This document shows positions 28,398 through 31,814 of a DNA stretch of 31,814 bases, one piece after another. The position numbers were made by a program, and so were the translations under genes. The notes beneath the pieces are model-generated. The model saw only the letters and a list, made by a program, of their open reading frames with translations. It was not told the DNA's origin and did not search any database. Source of the DNA: Alphaproteobacteria bacterium (lineage in GTDB: Bacteria; Pseudomonadota; Alphaproteobacteria; TMED109); assembly GCA_046582425.1 (NCBI GenBank), contig JAYGEJ010000042.1, positions 1 through 31,814 of the forward strand. Reading direction: 5' to 3'. Position 1 is the stretch's first letter; the number at the start of each line of letters is the position of its first letter.

Positions 28398-31300
28398 TTG
28401 ACCAATAATAATCTTAACAATAAATGGGACTTCTGGATAGATAGAGGAGGCACATTCACAGATATTGTTGCTAAAGACCCATTAGGTAAATTTCATAAAA
28501 AAAAAATACTTTCACATAATCCATCTCATTACAAAGATTCTATTATAGAAGGAATAAATTATTTTTTAAAAACAAAGTCAAAAAATACACTTAATTCTAA
28601 ACTAATTAATGAAGTAAGAATTGGAACTACTATTGCTACAAATTCATTACTTACAAGGACAGGTGATAAAACTTGCTTATTTATAACTAAGGGATTTAGA
28701 GATTCTCTTCAAATTGGAGATCAAACTAGACCCAATATATTTGCACGAAAAATTCTTACTAATAAAAATCTATATAGTAATGTCTACGAAATTCATGAGA
28801 GATTATCATCTAAAGGAAAAGTCTTATTAAAACTTGATACAGATAAAGCTAAGAAAAGTATGAAAAAGGCATTTGATAATGGATATAAATCTATAGCAAT
28901 TGTATTAATGCATTCTTGGAAATATCCAAAGCATGAAAGAATACTAAAAATTATTGCTGAAAAAATAGGATTTAAAAATATTTATTTAAGTCATAACTCT
29001 GCTGCTTTAATAGGTTTAAATAGTAGAGGAGATACTACAGTAGTTAATGCTTATTTAACTCCAAAGCTAAATAGATATACATCTAAAATTAATAATAAAA
29101 TAAAAAATACAAGAATTCTTTATATGCAATCTTCAGGAGGTTTAACTTCTTCTACAAACTTTGAAGGAAAAGACGCTGTATTATCAGGGCCAGCTGGTGG
29201 AGTAATTGCTGCAGTTGAAACAAACAAAAATATTAAAAAATATAGCGGTTTAATTGGACTAGATATGGGAGGAACGTCAACAGACGTTTTTCATTATGAA
29301 AATAGTTATGAAAGGTCTCTTGAAAATACTATAGCAGGTAATAAAATTAAAGTTCCTATGCTTAATATAAATACTATTGCTGCAGGAGGAGGTTCTCTTG
29401 TTAGTTTTGATGGACTAAAAATTAATGTAGGACCAGATAGTGCTGGGGCGATTCCAGGACCTGCCTGTTATGGTTTAGGAGGACCAGCAACAATTACTGA
29501 TTGCAACTTAGTTTTAGGTTATATTCAGACTTCAAATTTTCCAAAAATATTTGGGCGTGAAGGCAAAAGCTCTCTTAATATTAACGCTTCTATAAAAGCT
29601 CTAGAAAATATATTAAAAAAAATTCAAATAAAATTTATAAAGACAATGACAATTTATGAATTAGCACTTGGTAGCGTAAATATTGCAAATGAAAATATGG
29701 CTAATGCTATAAGACATATTTCCATAGAAAAAGGCCATGATATAAGCAAACATGCATTAATAAGTTATGGCGCTGCTGCTGGACAACATATATGCAATAT
29801 AGCAAATTTATTAAATTTAAAAACAATAATAGTTCATCCTTTCGCTAGCGTTTTAAGTGCTTTTGGTATGGGTTATGCGGAAATAAAATGCATCAAAACT
29901 AAGACAATTGAGAAAAATATTGATAGCTATTTTAATAATATTTATAAAGATTTTAATAAAATTGAAGATCTTGCTTTAAAAGTATTAAAAAAAAATGATT
30001 CTTCAGTAAATATTGAAAAAATAAAAATTACAAAAATTATTAGTTTAAAATATGAAAAGACAGATAGTTCAATAGGTGTCTCATTTAATAATATTTCTTT
30101 ATGTGTAAAAAACTTTAAAAAGTTATATAAAAAAAGATATGGTTTCTTGCACTCGAATAAAAATATTATTATAGATAATATTTCTATTGAGGCATCTATA
30201 AATAATAATATCTATAAAATTAAATCCAAAAAGTTTATCAAAAAATTAAAGGTTAACAACGATGGTTATTGCGACACTTTTATAAATAACAATTTTAAAC
30301 GTATTAAAACTTATAAAAGAAAAAGCTTAAAAATTGGTGACTATATCATTGGTCCAGCAATAATTTTTGAAGAAGATTCCTCTATTTTTATTACTGAAAA
30401 TTGGAATTGTCATGTAGATCAAAATAAAAAAATAATTATTTCAAAAATACATAATAATTTTAATAAAATAAAAAATAATAAAAAAATTGATCCAGTTCGT
30501 TTAGAAATATTCAATAATATGTTCATGTCCATTGCTGAAGAAATGGGAACAATTCTAAAAAACACTTCCTATTCTATTAACATAAAAGAAAGGTTAGATT
30601 TTTCATGTGCTTTATTTGATAACAAAGGTGGGTTAATTGCGAATGCTCCTCATATTCCTATTCACTTAGGCGCTATGAGTGAAAGTATAAAATATGTTAT
30701 TAAAAAAAATATAAATAATGTTTTTGATGGTGATAGCTTTATTCATAATAACCCTTATAAAGGGGGTACACATTTACCTGATATCACAGTTATAACTCCT
30801 ATATTTATATCGAAGCAAAAAAAACCACACTTTTATGTTGCGAGTAGAGCTCACCATTCAGATATAGGTGGTATTACTCCTGGCTCTATGCCATCAATGT
30901 CTGTTCATATTAATGAAGAAGGAGCAGTTTTTAATGGAGAAAAAATAGTAAGTAATGGAAAACTAAATGAAGATATAATTTTAAAAATTTTTAATAGTAA
31001 TAACTTTCCAGCAAGAGATACTAAATCTAATTTATCTGACCTAGAAGCTCAATTAGCTGCATCCAACTCAGGAAAAAATAGTCTTATTAGAATTGTAAAA
31101 AAATATGGCCTACCAACTATAAATTTTTATATGAAACAAGTTAAAATTAATGCTGAAAGATCCATCAAAACTGTTTTAAGTAAATTAAATAATGGTAAAT
31201 GTGAAATGTTGATGGATAATGGCTCAAAAATTAATTTAGAAATCACTATTAATAAAAAATTACAAAATGCCATATTTGATTTTACAGGGTCCTCTAATCA

Positions 31301-31814
31301 AGCATCTAATAATTTTAATACGCCTAAGGCTGTAACCAGGTCTGCTATTCTTTATGTATTAAGAACTCTTGTTAGTAATAAAATTCCGTTAAATGATGGT
31401 TGTCTGAAACCAATTAAAATTATAATTCCTAAAAACTCAATTCTTAGCCCTAAATTTCCTGCAGCAGTTGTTGCAGGTAACGTAGAAACCAGTCAAACCA
31501 TTGTAGATGTTATTAATAGCGCTTTAAAAGTACAAGCGGCTTGCTATGGTACAATGAGTAATTTTACATTTGGTAATAAAGATTTTGGTTATTACGAAAC
31601 AATTTGTGGAGGTGAAGGAGCTAGTAAAGAACATAATGGAAGCGATGCTGTCCAATGCCATATGACTAATACTAGATTAACTGACCCTGAAATATTAGAA
31701 TTAAGATATCCAATAAAAATTAATAACTTCTCAATTAGAAAAAATAGTGGGGGTAAAGGAAAGTTTAAAGGTGGAAATGGAGTAATTAGAGAAATTGAAT
31801 TTGAAAAAAGTCTT
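28398..31814 (+). CDS. Fused ATP-dependent 5-oxoprolinase (hydantoinase A+B fusion), 1139 codons visible, runs off right edge
   Basis: Translated by hand with no stops from TTG 28398 (AGGAG RBS): WIDRGGTFTD, GTTIATN, LSGPAGG, DMGGTSTD, IAAGGGS, then DPVRLEIFNNMFMSIAEEMG, ERLDFSCA, GGTHLPD, AGNVETSQ, HMTNTRLTDPE. Missing from the ORF track. Confidence 0.93.
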   Translation, partial: MTNNNLNNKWDFWIDRGGTFTDIVAKDPLGKFHKKKILSHNPSHYKDSIIEGINYFLKTKSKNTLNSKLINEVRIGTTIATNSLLTRTGDKTCLFITKGFRDSLQIGDQTRPNIFARKILTNKNLYSNVYEIHERLSSKGKVLLKLDTDKAKKSMKKAFDNGYKSIAIVLMHSWKYPKHERILKIIAEKIGFKNIYLSHNSAALIGLNSRGDTTVVNAYLTPKLNRYTSKINNKIKNTRILYMQSSGGLTSSTNFEGKDAVLSGPAGGVIAAVETNKNIKKYSGLIGLDMGGTSTDVFHYENSYERSLENTIAGNKIKVPMLNINTIAAGGGSLVSFDGLKINVGPDSAGAIPGPACYGLGGPATITDCNLVLGYIQTSNFPKIFGREGKSSLNINASIKALENILKKIQIKFIKTMTIYELALGSVNIANENMANAIRHISIEKGHDISKHALISYGAAAGQHICNIANLLNLKTIIVHPFASVLSAFGMGYAEIKCIKTKTIEKNIDSYFNNIYKDFNKIEDLALKVLKKNDSSVNIEKIKITKIISLKYEKTDSSIGVSFNNISLCVKNFKKLYKKRYGFLHSNKNIIIDNISIEASINNNIYKIKSKKFIKKLKVNNDGYCDTFINNNFKRIKTYKRKSLKIGDYIIGPAIIFEEDSSIFITENWNCHVDQNKKIIISKIHNNFNKIKNNKKIDPVRLEIFNNMFMSIAEEMGTILKNTSYSINIKERLDFSCALFDNKGGLIANAPHIPIHLGAMSESIKYVIKKNINNVFDGDSFIHNNPYKGGTHLPDITVITPIFISKQKKPHFYVASRAHHSDIGGITPGSMPSMSVHINEEGAVFNGEKIVSNGKLNEDIILKIFNSNNFPARDTKSNLSDLEAQLAASNSGKNSLIRIVKKYGLPTINFYMKQVKINAERSIKTVLSKLNNGKCEMLMDNGSKINLEITINKKLQNAIFDFTGSSNQASNNFNTPKAVTRSAILYVLRTLVSNKIPLNDGCLKPIKIIIPKNSILSPKFPAAVVAGNVETSQTIVDVINSALKVQAACYGTMSNFTFGNKDFGYYETICGGEGASKEHNGSDAVQCHMTNTRLTDPEILELRYPIKINNFSIRKNSGGKGKFKGGNGVIREIEFEKSL

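Overview
Core chromosomal region of a strongly AT-rich alphaproteobacterium (roughly a quarter GC by eye; standard code, TGA used as stop). The lineage is inferred from gene families and synteny and resembles streamlined marine lineages, but no genus is assigned. The minus strand carries the full division/cell-wall (dcw) cluster and its usual neighbours: djlA-ampD-rnpB-mraZ-rsmH-ftsL-ftsZ-ftsI-murE-murF-mraY-murD-ftsW-murG-murC-murB-ddl-ftsQ-ftsA-lpxC-(MORN-repeat protein), and further left bamD-recN-ligA. The plus strand carries a HisN-like inositol-monophosphatase-family gene, ETF-ubiquinone oxidoreductase and a fused 5-oxoprolinase. ligA and the oxoprolinase run off the window edges and are absent from the ORF track. 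I saw no mobile element, tRNA, rRNA or CRISPR array. Main oddities: (1) ftsZ sits between ftsL and ftsI rather than between ftsA and lpxC. The 1678-bp block is bracketed by an exact 10-bp direct repeat, and removing it restores a well-spaced AAGGAG Shine-Dalgarno for ftsI. (2) murE has a one-base frameshift in an A10 tract near its start. (3) A 7-codon mini-ORF overlaps both the recN stop and the ligA start. (4) A signal-peptide-bearing MORN-repeat gene ends the dcw run where bamD normally follows lpxC. I found no clearly new multi-gene system; these are local rearrangement and expression features of a conserved locus.
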